Shown here in pieces: positions 52,301 through 61,080 of a stretch of DNA of 64,000 nucleotides (the stretch's first letter is position 1; each line of letters starts with the position of its first letter). A program made the position numbers and the translations under genes. Below the pieces are notes generated by a model. It worked only from the letters and a program-made list of their open reading frames with translations, ran no database searches and had not been told where the DNA came from. Source of the stretch: an uncultured Spirochaetota bacterium (GTDB lineage: Bacteria; Spirochaetota; Spirochaetia; SZUA-6; CAVTHK01); contig CAVTHK010000008.1 of assembly GCA_963734495.1 (NCBI GenBank), forward strand, positions 9,611 through 73,610, read 5' to 3'.

Positions 52301-53389
52301 GTGAAGAAGCTCGTGCCTCTGGTCTCACTGGCACTGATCGTGTTCTGCGCCGCCGCATTCGCGGCTCCCCCGTACGTGGATGTGCCTGTGAACTCTTCGA
52401 AGCAGACCTCGACGGTCACCGGCTACGGTCTTCCTTCGTTCTTCGGCGCCGCCACCGACTACCACGCAGTCTTCAAGTTCTCGCCGCTGGCGCCCGGGAA
52501 GCGCTACGAGGTCACGCTGACCTACGACGCGGGCACGGACATCGGCTACGGCCACAGCTGGATAGACGGCGACCCGATGGGCAAGGACTACGCCTCGTTC
52601 GTGGGCATAGGGACGGGCACCGGGACACGCGAGCTGAAGGGCAAGGAGGACAAGTTTCTCTTTACCGTCGACCCGAAGAGCACCTCGAGCGTGCTGTACC
52701 TGGTCGTGCGTTCCAACAAGCCGTGGAAGCTCGCCGCGACCCTGACGGACCGCGCGTCGGGCCTTACGCGCAACTCGCAGGACAAGTGGGGCTACTACTA
52801 CGTGAACGATTTCGACTTCGACCGGACCTCGCCATTCCTGCTCAAGCGCAGCGGCGCTCCCGCCGCGGCCGCCCCGCAGACCGCGGCATCGGGCTACGTC
52901 GACGTCGCCAACGGCGATACGAAGAACGCCGCCACCGCGGCGGGCTTCTCCTGGATGCCGAACTACCTCGGCGGGCCCGAAGGCTTCTACGCCATCTTCC
53001 GGCTCGGGCCGCTCGGCCCGGGGAAACGCTACGAGGCGACGATGACCTTCGACGCGGGTACCGACATCGGCTACGGCCACAGCTGGGTCGACGGCGACCC
53101 CAGGGGCAAGGACATCGCCTCTTTCGTCGGTATCGGCACGGGCACCGGCACCCGCGAGATGAAGGGCGCCGAGAAGAAGTTCCTGTTCACGGTGGACCCG
53201 AAAAGCACCGCGGCTTTTCTCTACGTCGTGCTCCGGTCGAACAAGCCGTTCAACCTGTCGTTCGGCCTGACCGACCGGCTCTCCGGCGTCACGCCCAACA
53301 GTCAGGACAAGTGGGGCTACTACTACGTGACCGATTTCGACGCGGACCGGAACGCCCCGTTCGTGCTGACGCGGGGCCCTGCCAGGTGA
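52301..53389 (+). CDS. Secreted protein with two tandem copies of an unrecognised domain of about 160 aa
   Basis: SD AAGGAG, signal peptide ending AFA; both halves share PGKRYE, DAGTDIGYGHSW.DGDP, SFVGIGTGTGTRE, FLFTVDPKST and NSQDKWGYYYV.DFD. Confidence 0.85.
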   Translation: MKKLVPLVSLALIVFCAAAFAAPPYVDVPVNSSKQTSTVTGYGLPSFFGAATDYHAVFKFSPLAPGKRYEVTLTYDAGTDIGYGHSWIDGDPMGKDYASFVGIGTGTGTRELKGKEDKFLFTVDPKSTSSVLYLVVRSNKPWKLAATLTDRASGLTRNSQDKWGYYYVNDFDFDRTSPFLLKRSGAPAAAAPQTAASGYVDVANGDTKNAATAAGFSWMPNYLGGPEGFYAIFRLGPLGPGKRYEATMTFDAGTDIGYGHSWVDGDPRGKDIASFVGIGTGTGTREMKGAEKKFLFTVDPKSTAAFLYVVLRSNKPFNLSFGLTDRLSGVTPNSQDKWGYYYVTDFDADRNAPFVLTRGPAR

Positions 53390-53619
53390 CGTCCTCCCCG
53401 GGAGCGCCCGTCCGCGACACGGGCATCAGCCCTGCCGCGCCGGGCGCCGCCCGAGGCATCCGAATGGCCGCCTGCCGAAAGGGACGCCTTGTTCGTCCAG
53501 GCCTTGGCCATCGACGGAGAGCTCCGGCAGAGCAGTCCAGCTCGCGTCGTCACCCCGGCGCCGCCGTCGGAGGCTCTCGCCTCTCTGTCCACGAGTTGCT
53601 TATCTTCTTCTGACCCTAT

Positions 53620-54876
53620 ATGTCCGAGACTCCTGACGCACGCGTGGGCCTTGCGGCAACGGCGGCCGTGACAACGTCGTCGACGGTCTTCCCCATCCTG
53701 ATCGCCATCAGCCTGTCGCACCTCCTGAACGACACCCTGCAGTCTCTGATCCCGGCAGTCTACCCGCTGGTCAAGCAGTCCTTCGGGCTCACCTTTGCCC
53801 AGGTCGGCCTCATCACCTTCACCTTCCAGCTCACCGCCTCCCTCCTGCAGCCGGTGGTGGGCGCGCTGACGGATCGCAGACCGCAGCCGTTCTCCCTCGC
53901 CGTGGGGATGGGGTTCACGCTGACGGGTCTCGTGCTTCTCTCCTTCGCCCGCACGTACGAAGCTCTGCTGATCTCGGTCGGCCTCGTGGGGCTCGGCTCC
54001 TCCGTGTTTCATCCTGAGTCGTCCCGGGTCGCCTATATGGCCGCAGGCGGCCGCAGGGGCCTGGCGCAGTCGGTCTTCCAGGTCGGGGGCAACGCCGGCT
54101 CCTCGCTCGGGCCTCTGCTGGCCGCGGTGATCGTCGCGTCTCGCGGGACGGCTCACGTGATCTGGTTCGCTCCGCTCGCGGTCCTGGGCATCGTGATCCT
54201 GTCCCGGGTCGGCCTCTGGTACCGGCGCAGGATCGGCGGCGTCGCGAGGGCCCTGCGCCCGGCGATGGGTCCCGCGGCCGGCTTGTCCCGATCGCGGGTC
54301 GCCGTATCGGTGGCGATTCTTCTCGTGTTGATCTTTTCCAAGTACTTCTACCTCGCGGGGATAACCAGCTACTACACGTTCTACCTGATTGACAAGTTCG
54401 GCCTGTCGGTCAGGGCATCCCAGATTCATCTCTTTCTGTTTCAGCTCGCAGTGGCCGCAGGGACCGTGATTGGAGGTCCTGTGGGCGACCGCGTCGGAAG
54501 GAAATACGTGATCTGGGGATCGATCCTCGGCGTCGCGCCTCTGACGCTCCTTCTGCCTCATGTCGGCTTGGCGGCCACGACCGCCCTGAGCCTGCCCATC
54601 GGCATGATCCTGGCCTCGGCGTTCCCGTCCATCCTCGTCTACGCGCAGGAGCTTCTCCCGGGCAACCTGGGGCTCATCTCCGGCCTCTTCTTCGGCTTCG
54701 CGTTCGGAATGGCGGGGATCGGGTCCGCGGTGCTTGGCGCGATCGCCGACCACACCGGCATCCAGTACGTCTACCGCCTCACCGCATGGCTGCCGCTTCT
54801 CGGGGCGGTCGCCGCCTTCCTGCCGACCGTCGGCGGGAGAGGGAACGCGGCCCGGCGGTCGGCGCGCGCAGCCTGA
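53620..54876 (+). CDS. MFS transporter, Fsr (fosmidomycin resistance)-like family
   Basis: SHLLNDTLQS, LLQPVVG..TDRRP, FHPESSR, QSVFQVGGNAG and GDRVGRK. Confidence 0.9.
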   Translation: MSETPDARVGLAATAAVTTSSTVFPILIAISLSHLLNDTLQSLIPAVYPLVKQSFGLTFAQVGLITFTFQLTASLLQPVVGALTDRRPQPFSLAVGMGFTLTGLVLLSFARTYEALLISVGLVGLGSSVFHPESSRVAYMAAGGRRGLAQSVFQVGGNAGSSLGPLLAAVIVASRGTAHVIWFAPLAVLGIVILSRVGLWYRRRIGGVARALRPAMGPAAGLSRSRVAVSVAILLVLIFSKYFYLAGITSYYTFYLIDKFGLSVRASQIHLFLFQLAVAAGTVIGGPVGDRVGRKYVIWGSILGVAPLTLLLPHVGLAATTALSLPIGMILASAFPSILVYAQELLPGNLGLISGLFFGFAFGMAGIGSAVLGAIADHTGIQYVYRLTAWLPLLGAVAAFLPTVGGRGNAARRSARAA

Positions 54877-54967
54877 GCCTGGCCTGTCGAGGCCGCATGC
54901 AGACGGCCCGACAACGCGTCGAAAGCCGCGCGCGCGACCGAGCTTCTCTGACGATCTTCGATTATGC

Positions 54968-54995
54968 TTGACTCCTGAGGGACACGTGCTACCAT
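54968..54995 (+). promoter_or_regulatory. Sigma-70 promoter upstream of the LacI remnant and ABC operon
   Basis: TTGACT-N16-TACCAT with an extended TG. Confidence 0.6.
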
Positions 54996-55049
54996 GCGAG
55001 GGCTTGTGTTCGCCGCATGAAGGGTCGGATCCGGGGCCCATGCGCGGAG

Positions 55050-55200
55050 ATGTCGACAGCGTGCGCATCAGCCAGATCTCCGGTGTCTCGCGCGGCATGG
55101 TGAGCAAGGCGACTTCTCCGACATCTCCGGAACAACCGCCTCCGGGCCAGTCACCGGGTTCCGGTACTGCCTGGCGTTGTCTGCGCTGAACACTCATTCG
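55050..55200 (+). pseudogene. Decayed N-terminus (HTH) of a LacI-family repressor
   Basis: VDSVRISQISGVSRGMVSKA, then after a frameshift/deletion DFSDISGTT; compare the LacI consensus IA..AGVS..TVSRALN...ISEET. Confidence 0.6.
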
Positions 55201-55296
55201 CACGATCTGAGGAGGTGAACGGCACTGTGCGCTGCAGGAGACGGGCTTTGCCCGGCTCGAAGTCTCGCAGCTTTCGTGGAGGAAAGGGGTGACACT

Positions 55297-56961
55297 ATGA
55301 AACGGTTTCGCTTCGTGGCAATCATCGTCGCCGCGATGCTGGCGAGCCAGATCGCCGTTGCGACCGGGACGCAGGAAAAGCCGGGGACCGCCGCAGCCGC
55401 ACCCGCCGGCAAGATCGACCCCCTGGGAAAGTACGAGCAGCCGCTCAAGGTTTCGTGGTCGATTCAGACCGCGGCGGCTTCGAAGCTCCTCGACAAGGAC
55501 ACCTGGGAGGACAACCGCTGGAGCCGCCTGATCAAGGAAAAGCTCAACATCGACCTCGTGGTCGCCTTTTCCGCCGACGCCAGCAGCCAGGCTTATCAGA
55601 CCAAGCTGAACGCCGTCATCGCATCGGGCGACCTGCCGGACATCTTCAAGACGCAGCAGCCCGACGTGTTTCTGCAGCTGGCGGAGAACGGACAACTGGC
55701 CGATCTCACGGACGTCTACGCCAGGTACGCAACCGATTCGATCAAGGCATACCAGACCAGGTTCGCCGATGCGTACAAAGGCGCTTCGATAGGCGGCAAG
55801 CTATACGCGATACCGCGCATGAACGACAACTTCCACCAGGCGCCGTTCCTCTGGATCCGCGATGATTGGCTGAAGCGGACCAACTCTCAGCCTCCGAAGA
55901 CCGTCGATGAGATGGTCGCTCTCGCAAGAAAGTTCGCCACCGGCGATCCGGACGGCAACGGCAAGAACGGCGACACCTACGGGCTCGCGCTCAACAGGGA
56001 TCTCATCAGGCAGAACCACGCCAGCATTCTCGGCCTCGTTTCCGCGTTCGGGGTGCCGGGACGTGACCGCGACCTCTTCTACCGAGGCAAGGACGGCAGG
56101 ATCACCTGGGCCTGGATCCAGCCAGGCATGAAGCCGGCGCTGTCTCTGCTGCGCGACATGTACAAGGAAGGCCTGATCAACAAGGAGTTCACAGCCAAGA
56201 ACGAGTCGGCGCTGATCGAAGACTGGGTCAGCGCCAAGATCGGCATGGCGTACGGCAGCAACTGGGGCACGTGGTATCCCTACAACAACGTCTACAAGAA
56301 GGACGGAGTCATCACGCGGGCCTATCCCATCCCGACACAGCCCGGCACCGACTACAAGGTGGGCATCCAGAGCAATGCCGTCGGCCAGGTGACGATGGTC
56401 AGCAGGAAGTCCAGGAATCCCGAAGCGGCGATCAAGATCCTCAACTTGTACGATCAGACCGTCAACTACGGGGGCAAAGAGGCCTACCTCCGGTATTGGG
56501 CCGACGAGCAGTACAGGCTCTGCCCGGTGTACATCGACATTCCGAACGAGGTCTTCGAGAAGGAGGTGCTCGACGCTCTTGCCAAGGGAAGCGGCGATGG
56601 CCTGCCATCATTTGCCAGGAGGTCATACGACTACGTGGTGGGCTTCGAGAATGGAACTCTGGCGAAGGACGACAATGCGTTTGGCACATGGGGCCAGATG
56701 AACAAGAATGGCTCGCTCCAGATCGTCCTGAACAGGTACATGCCCGACAACGCGGTGGTGCAGAGCATCATGGGCATCAGACGGCCCGAGGTGTGGCTGA
56801 CGAACGTTTCCCAGCTCGACACGCTCACGATAACGACGTTTACAGACATCATCATCGGCGCCAAGCCGGTCGACTATTTCGACACCTACGTGCAGCAGTG
56901 GCTCAAGGCGGGCGGCCAGCAGACGCTCGACGAGCTTGAAAAGCTGTATCCGGCGAAATAG
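55297..56961 (+). CDS. Carbohydrate ABC transporter solute-binding protein
   Basis: Signal peptide; DPLGKY, IASGDLPD, GKLYAIP, WIRDDWL, DPDGNGKNGDTYG and FDTYVQQWLKAGG. Confidence 0.92.
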   Translation: MKRFRFVAIIVAAMLASQIAVATGTQEKPGTAAAAPAGKIDPLGKYEQPLKVSWSIQTAAASKLLDKDTWEDNRWSRLIKEKLNIDLVVAFSADASSQAYQTKLNAVIASGDLPDIFKTQQPDVFLQLAENGQLADLTDVYARYATDSIKAYQTRFADAYKGASIGGKLYAIPRMNDNFHQAPFLWIRDDWLKRTNSQPPKTVDEMVALARKFATGDPDGNGKNGDTYGLALNRDLIRQNHASILGLVSAFGVPGRDRDLFYRGKDGRITWAWIQPGMKPALSLLRDMYKEGLINKEFTAKNESALIEDWVSAKIGMAYGSNWGTWYPYNNVYKKDGVITRAYPIPTQPGTDYKVGIQSNAVGQVTMVSRKSRNPEAAIKILNLYDQTVNYGGKEAYLRYWADEQYRLCPVYIDIPNEVFEKEVLDALAKGSGDGLPSFARRSYDYVVGFENGTLAKDDNAFGTWGQMNKNGSLQIVLNRYMPDNAVVQSIMGIRRPEVWLTNVSQLDTLTITTFTDIIIGAKPVDYFDTYVQQWLKAGGQQTLDELEKLYPAK

Positions 56962-56976
56962 GCGTTTCGACGCGCA

Positions 56977-57006
56977 GGCCGCGGCGGGGTTTCTCCCGCC
57001 GCGGCC
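56977..57006 (+). terminator. Stem-loop after the SBP gene
   Basis: GGCCGCGGCGGG-GTTTCT-CCCGCCGCGGCC, 12-bp stem. Confidence 0.65.
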
Positions 57007-57137
57007 GTTCCAGGGCAAGGTCGCGCCGGTATGCGGCGAGCATTCTTTCGAGCTGCCTCGACGACCTCGGACCGTGCCGTGAGTGAGCCGGCGGACTCGG
57101 GTCCGCATCCGGCTCGCTCGCAGTTGCTGGAGAGCTG

Positions 57138-58049
57138 GTGAATCAGAGACAACGAGACAAAGCGCTGAGAGAGCTTCCCCTGTACATCATGCTGATTCCA
57201 GCGGTCGTCCTTGTGGCCATCTACAGCTACGGCTCCATGGCGGGCGTCGTCATCGCCTTCCAGAAGTTCGTCGCGGCCAAAGGCTTTTTCGGGGAACAGA
57301 AATGGGTGGGGCTCCAGAACTTCAGAACGCTGTTCGCCATGCCCAGCATCTGGCTGGTCATCCGCAACACGGTCGTCATCGCGCTGGGCAAGATGGTCGG
57401 CGGCATAGCAGTTCCGGTCGTGTTCGCGCTGCTCCTGAACGAAGTCGGGAGCGTCTCCGCGAAGCGCTTCTTCCAGACTCTGGTCTACCTGCCGAATTTC
57501 CTGTCATGGGTCATTCTGGCCGGCATCCTCATCGAGGTTCTGTCTCCGAGCGAAGGCTTCGTCAACGTTCTCCTGTCCAGGCTCGGGATCAAGCCGATCT
57601 TCTTTCTGGGCAATGCGAAAGTGTTTCCGGCCACGATGATCCTGACCGATATCTGGAAAGGTTTCGGATTCGGATCGGTGATTTACCTGGCCGCCCTGAC
57701 GAGCATAGACCCGGGGCTCTACGAGTCTGCGGTGATCGACGGCGCGAACCGGTGGCAGCAGACAGGACACATCACTCTGCCCGGCATCTCGAGCACGATC
57801 GTGCTGATGACCGTGCTGAGCCTGGCGAATATCCTCAACGGCGGTTTCGACCAGATCTACAACATGTACAGCCCCGTGGTCTACTCCACCGGCGATATTC
57901 TGGATACGTTCGTCTACCGGCTCGGCATCGAGCAGGCCCAGTACTCGCTCTCGACGGCCGCCGGCCTGTTCAAATCGGTCGTATCGCTGGTGTTCATCGT
58001 GGCATCCTACTATCTGGCCGACAGGCTTGCCGGATACAGGGTGTTCTGA
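57138..58049 (+). CDS. Sugar ABC transporter permease (LplB-like)
   Basis: YLPNFLSWV, LYESAVIDGANRWQQ..HITLP and AAGLFKSVV. Confidence 0.95.
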   Translation: MNQRQRDKALRELPLYIMLIPAVVLVAIYSYGSMAGVVIAFQKFVAAKGFFGEQKWVGLQNFRTLFAMPSIWLVIRNTVVIALGKMVGGIAVPVVFALLLNEVGSVSAKRFFQTLVYLPNFLSWVILAGILIEVLSPSEGFVNVLLSRLGIKPIFFLGNAKVFPATMILTDIWKGFGFGSVIYLAALTSIDPGLYESAVIDGANRWQQTGHITLPGISSTIVLMTVLSLANILNGGFDQIYNMYSPVVYSTGDILDTFVYRLGIEQAQYSLSTAAGLFKSVVSLVFIVASYYLADRLAGYRVF

Positions 58050-58062
58050 GGAGAAAGGGACG

Positions 58063-58957
58063 ATGAAGGAATCCGTACCGCGCAGAGTATTCCTCGTGCT
58101 CAACACGGTTTTCCTGCTGCTCGTGGCGCTCCTTTGCATATCGCCGTTCGTCAACCTGCTGGCGGTCTCTTTCTCCAACAAGGTTTCCGTCGCCGCGGGC
58201 GAAGTCACCTTCTTCCCGGTCGGCTTCACGACGGTGTCGTACGAGTTCATCACGAACACCTCGAAGTTCATCGAGTCTCTCGCGGTCTCTCTCAAGCGGA
58301 CGGCGATCGGCGTCCCGCTCAATCTCCTGTTGATCATCATGACGGCCTATCCCCTTTCGAAGTCCAGAGCAGGATTTCGGGGCGCGGAACTTCTTCTCCT
58401 GGTTCTTTGTCGTGACGATTCTCTTCCACGCCGGTTTGATACCCACGTACATGGTGGTCAGGACTACAGGCCTGATCGACAAGATCTGGGCGCTCGTTCT
58501 GCCGGGCGCGGTCCCGGTCTTCAGCATGCTGGTGGTCATGAACTACATGCGCAGCCTGCCGAAGGAGCTGGAGGAGGCGGCGTACATGGACGGCGCGACT
58601 CACGTGCAGACGCTGATCCAGGTCATTCTGCCGGTCTCGACGCCCACGATCGCAACGGTGGCGTTGTTTTCGTTCGTCGGACACTGGAACAGCTGGTTCG
58701 ACGGAATGATCTACATGAACAAGGTCCAGCACTATCCTCTGCAGACCTACCTGCAGACGGTCGTGGTGAATCCCGAGGAGTTCATGCGCAGCAACACGGA
58801 CCTGAGCGGCAACCTGGCCCGATACCTGGCGCTTGTCAGCGCGCGCACCACCGGCGCGGCGCAGATGTTCCTCGCGATGATACCGATCCTGTGCGTCTAT
58901 CCGTACCTGCAGAAGTACTTTACGACCGGGCTCGTGCTGGGCAGCGTCAAGGGGTGA
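58063..58957 (+). CDS. Sugar ABC transporter permease (LplC-like); frameshifted near 58385
   Basis: N-part ...AYPLSK and C-part GLIPTYMVV...LEEAAYMDGA...YPYLQKYFTTGLVLGSVKG are in different frames. Confidence 0.9.
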
Positions 58958-59052
58958 GCCGCCGAGCGCGCCCGGTGGCTCAGCCGACGCCGTCATCAGC
59001 CGGTCGACGCGCTCGCCGGCCTGCGTGCGGCGGCATGGACGCGACCGGCCGA

Positions 59053-60294
59053 TTACGGTCGAGCGGCGCGCGTGCCGGCCGGCTCAGGACGCTTTGCGAG
59101 AACCGCTCGAAAAAGGACCGCCCCGCACGACAGCGTGATCACCCCGGCTACCACCGCTACCGTGGTGAAGCTCGCGGCAAAGCCGCGCGCGTCGATGAGC
59201 CGTCCCACCAGAGGCGTCAGGACGCCGCCTGCTTCCATGCCCGAGAAGAAGTACAATCCCAGGACAGTCGATCGGCGGCGCGCCGGAATGCTCGCCACCA
59301 GAAACGCTTCCGAGGTCGGGCCTCGGAAGAACATGAGAGAGCCGATCGCGAGGAGCGTCGCCGCCAGGGGCAGGCCGAACGGGACCGCGACGAGCAGCAG
59401 GAGAGCCGGCGGGAGAAGCACGCCGACCGCGACCACGAGCCGCAGCGGGCCGAATCGGTCGGACAGGTGGCCCGCGAGCGGCCCAGCCACGAACGCGGTA
59501 AAGTACGCCAGGGACAGATAGGCGGCGGCGAGCTGCGTGCTTGCGCCGTGAGTGTCCACGATGAACAGGGGCACAAAAGCGAGAACTGAAGTCACCGTGG
59601 CCGAGATCGTCGTGGAAAGCACGAGCAACGCCGCGATCTGCAAAACGGGGACAGGCGCACCGTCGGTCTTCTCGGCTTCGGCGAAGCCGCCCCGCGAGGG
59701 GCGTGGCGCGGCCCCGCGCCCGAGCAGCGCGTAGAGCAGAACCCCGAAAGCCAGCACGGGAAGCGAAACGGCCAGGAAAGCGCCCCGCCAGCCCCAGAGG
59801 CCCGCGAGGAAAACACCGAGCAGGGGCGCCACAAAGTGGCTCGCCCCGCCTCCGGCGAGGTGGAAGCCGAGGGCCCGGCCTCGTGTCTCCGACGGCACGG
59901 CGGTCCAGATCACCGGCGAGGCGGCGGGGTGATAGCCTCCGCCTGCCACCCCCATCAGGATCAGGGCGGCCACAGCGAACGCGTACCCCGGTGCGATCCC
60001 CAGCAGGGCGCCGGCGAGTGCCACGCCGGCGATCCCGAACGTCAGCAGTCCTCTTGGTCCTATGCGGTCGGCGAGCCAGCCGGCAGGGGGCTGGCCGATG
60101 CCGTAGGCGAGCGCGAACGCGGAGACCACGACACCGGCCTCGGCATAGGTCAGCCCGAAGCCGTCGCGTATGAAAGGCAGCAGCGGGACGACGAGCGCGG
60201 TGACGAGATGGTGAAAGAAGTGCGCCCCCGCCATGAGCGCAACCAGCGATCCGGGTTTCACCAGCGGTTGCACCCGGGGAGGAGACGAATCCAC
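59053..60294 (-). CDS. MFS transporter (Fsr-related)
   Basis: HFFHHL, QPPAGWLADRIG, GYHPAAS and GHLSDRFG; GTG start after AAAGGTGG. Confidence 0.88.
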   Translation of the reverse strand: MDSSPPRVQPLVKPGSLVALMAGAHFFHHLVTALVVPLLPFIRDGFGLTYAEAGVVVSAFALAYGIGQPPAGWLADRIGPRGLLTFGIAGVALAGALLGIAPGYAFAVAALILMGVAGGGYHPAASPVIWTAVPSETRGRALGFHLAGGGASHFVAPLLGVFLAGLWGWRGAFLAVSLPVLAFGVLLYALLGRGAAPRPSRGGFAEAEKTDGAPVPVLQIAALLVLSTTISATVTSVLAFVPLFIVDTHGASTQLAAAYLSLAYFTAFVAGPLAGHLSDRFGPLRLVVAVGVLLPPALLLLVAVPFGLPLAATLLAIGSLMFFRGPTSEAFLVASIPARRRSTVLGLYFFSGMEAGGVLTPLVGRLIDARGFAASFTTVAVVAGVITLSCGAVLFRAVLAKRPEPAGTRAARP

Positions 60295-60450
60295 TGCGAC
60301 CACCTTTCGACACGCCGGCTCACGCGGCCGCGCACCGCGCGTGAGCCTTGCGCCAGATGATACAGCAGCCTGCCCTCCGCGTCGACTGCGCGGGCGTCCC
60401 CGAGACGAGCGCCGCTTGCGTCTGGCGCCGCACCCGGTTACGCTGGACGC

Positions 60451-60991
60451 ATGAAAGAGATCTACAGTCTGCTCGCAGAGTACAACGCGAACGCCAACGG
60501 GATTCTGTTGGGCGTCCTCGAAAAAGCGCCGGCCGGGCTGGTGACCAGAGATGCAGGTTCCTACTTCGGCACCATCCTCGGGGTCCTCAACCACATCCTG
60601 CGCTCGGACCTGGGCTACCTGGCTCGTATCCGGGCCAGCCAGCCCGGGTTCAAGTCGCTCGCGGCTCCGGCGGCGGCGTACGACCCGGCGACCGCTCCGA
60701 AGCAGCTCTATGACAACTTCGCCGATCTTACGAAGCGTCGCAGGCAGGTAGACGAGGTATTCACAGTGTTCGCGGCGGAGCTCACCGGACGAAACACTCA
60801 AATGGGAAATTCGCATGACCAACGCCAGAGGCGAAGCCGAGAGCTTTGCCGTCTGGGAGGTCCTGACACAGCTTTTCAACCACCAGACGCACCACCGCGG
60901 CCAGATCTCCCAGATCCTGGACGCCGCGAAGATCGAGCACGACTTCTCGAGCGTCACGACGGTGGTGCGGGCGCGGAGGGCGCGGCGGTAG
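60451..60991 (+). CDS. DinB/YfiT-family metal-binding protein; frameshifted near 60790
   Basis: YNANAN, SYFGTILGVLNHI..SD and, in the shifted frame, LFNHQTHHRGQISQIL. Confidence 0.88.
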
Positions 60992-61080
60992 GGCGAACAG
61001 CCGCCAGGGCTCCCGCCGCCCGCGCACCGTCGCCATCCGAGCGTCGAGCCCGGGCGCGCCAAGGCTTCGGAGGCACAGGA

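Noticed and set aside
53620-54876. Link between the Fsr-like exporter and loss of dxr (the fosmidomycin target)
   Set aside because: Fsr-family MFS proteins are widespread with varied substrates; nothing in the sequence connects the two.
55195-55275. Riboswitch (c-di-GMP-like GGGCAAA on the minus strand) upstream of the SBP
   Set aside because: The strand is wrong and the GAAA tetraloop/receptor core is missing; the region is better explained by the LacI remnant.
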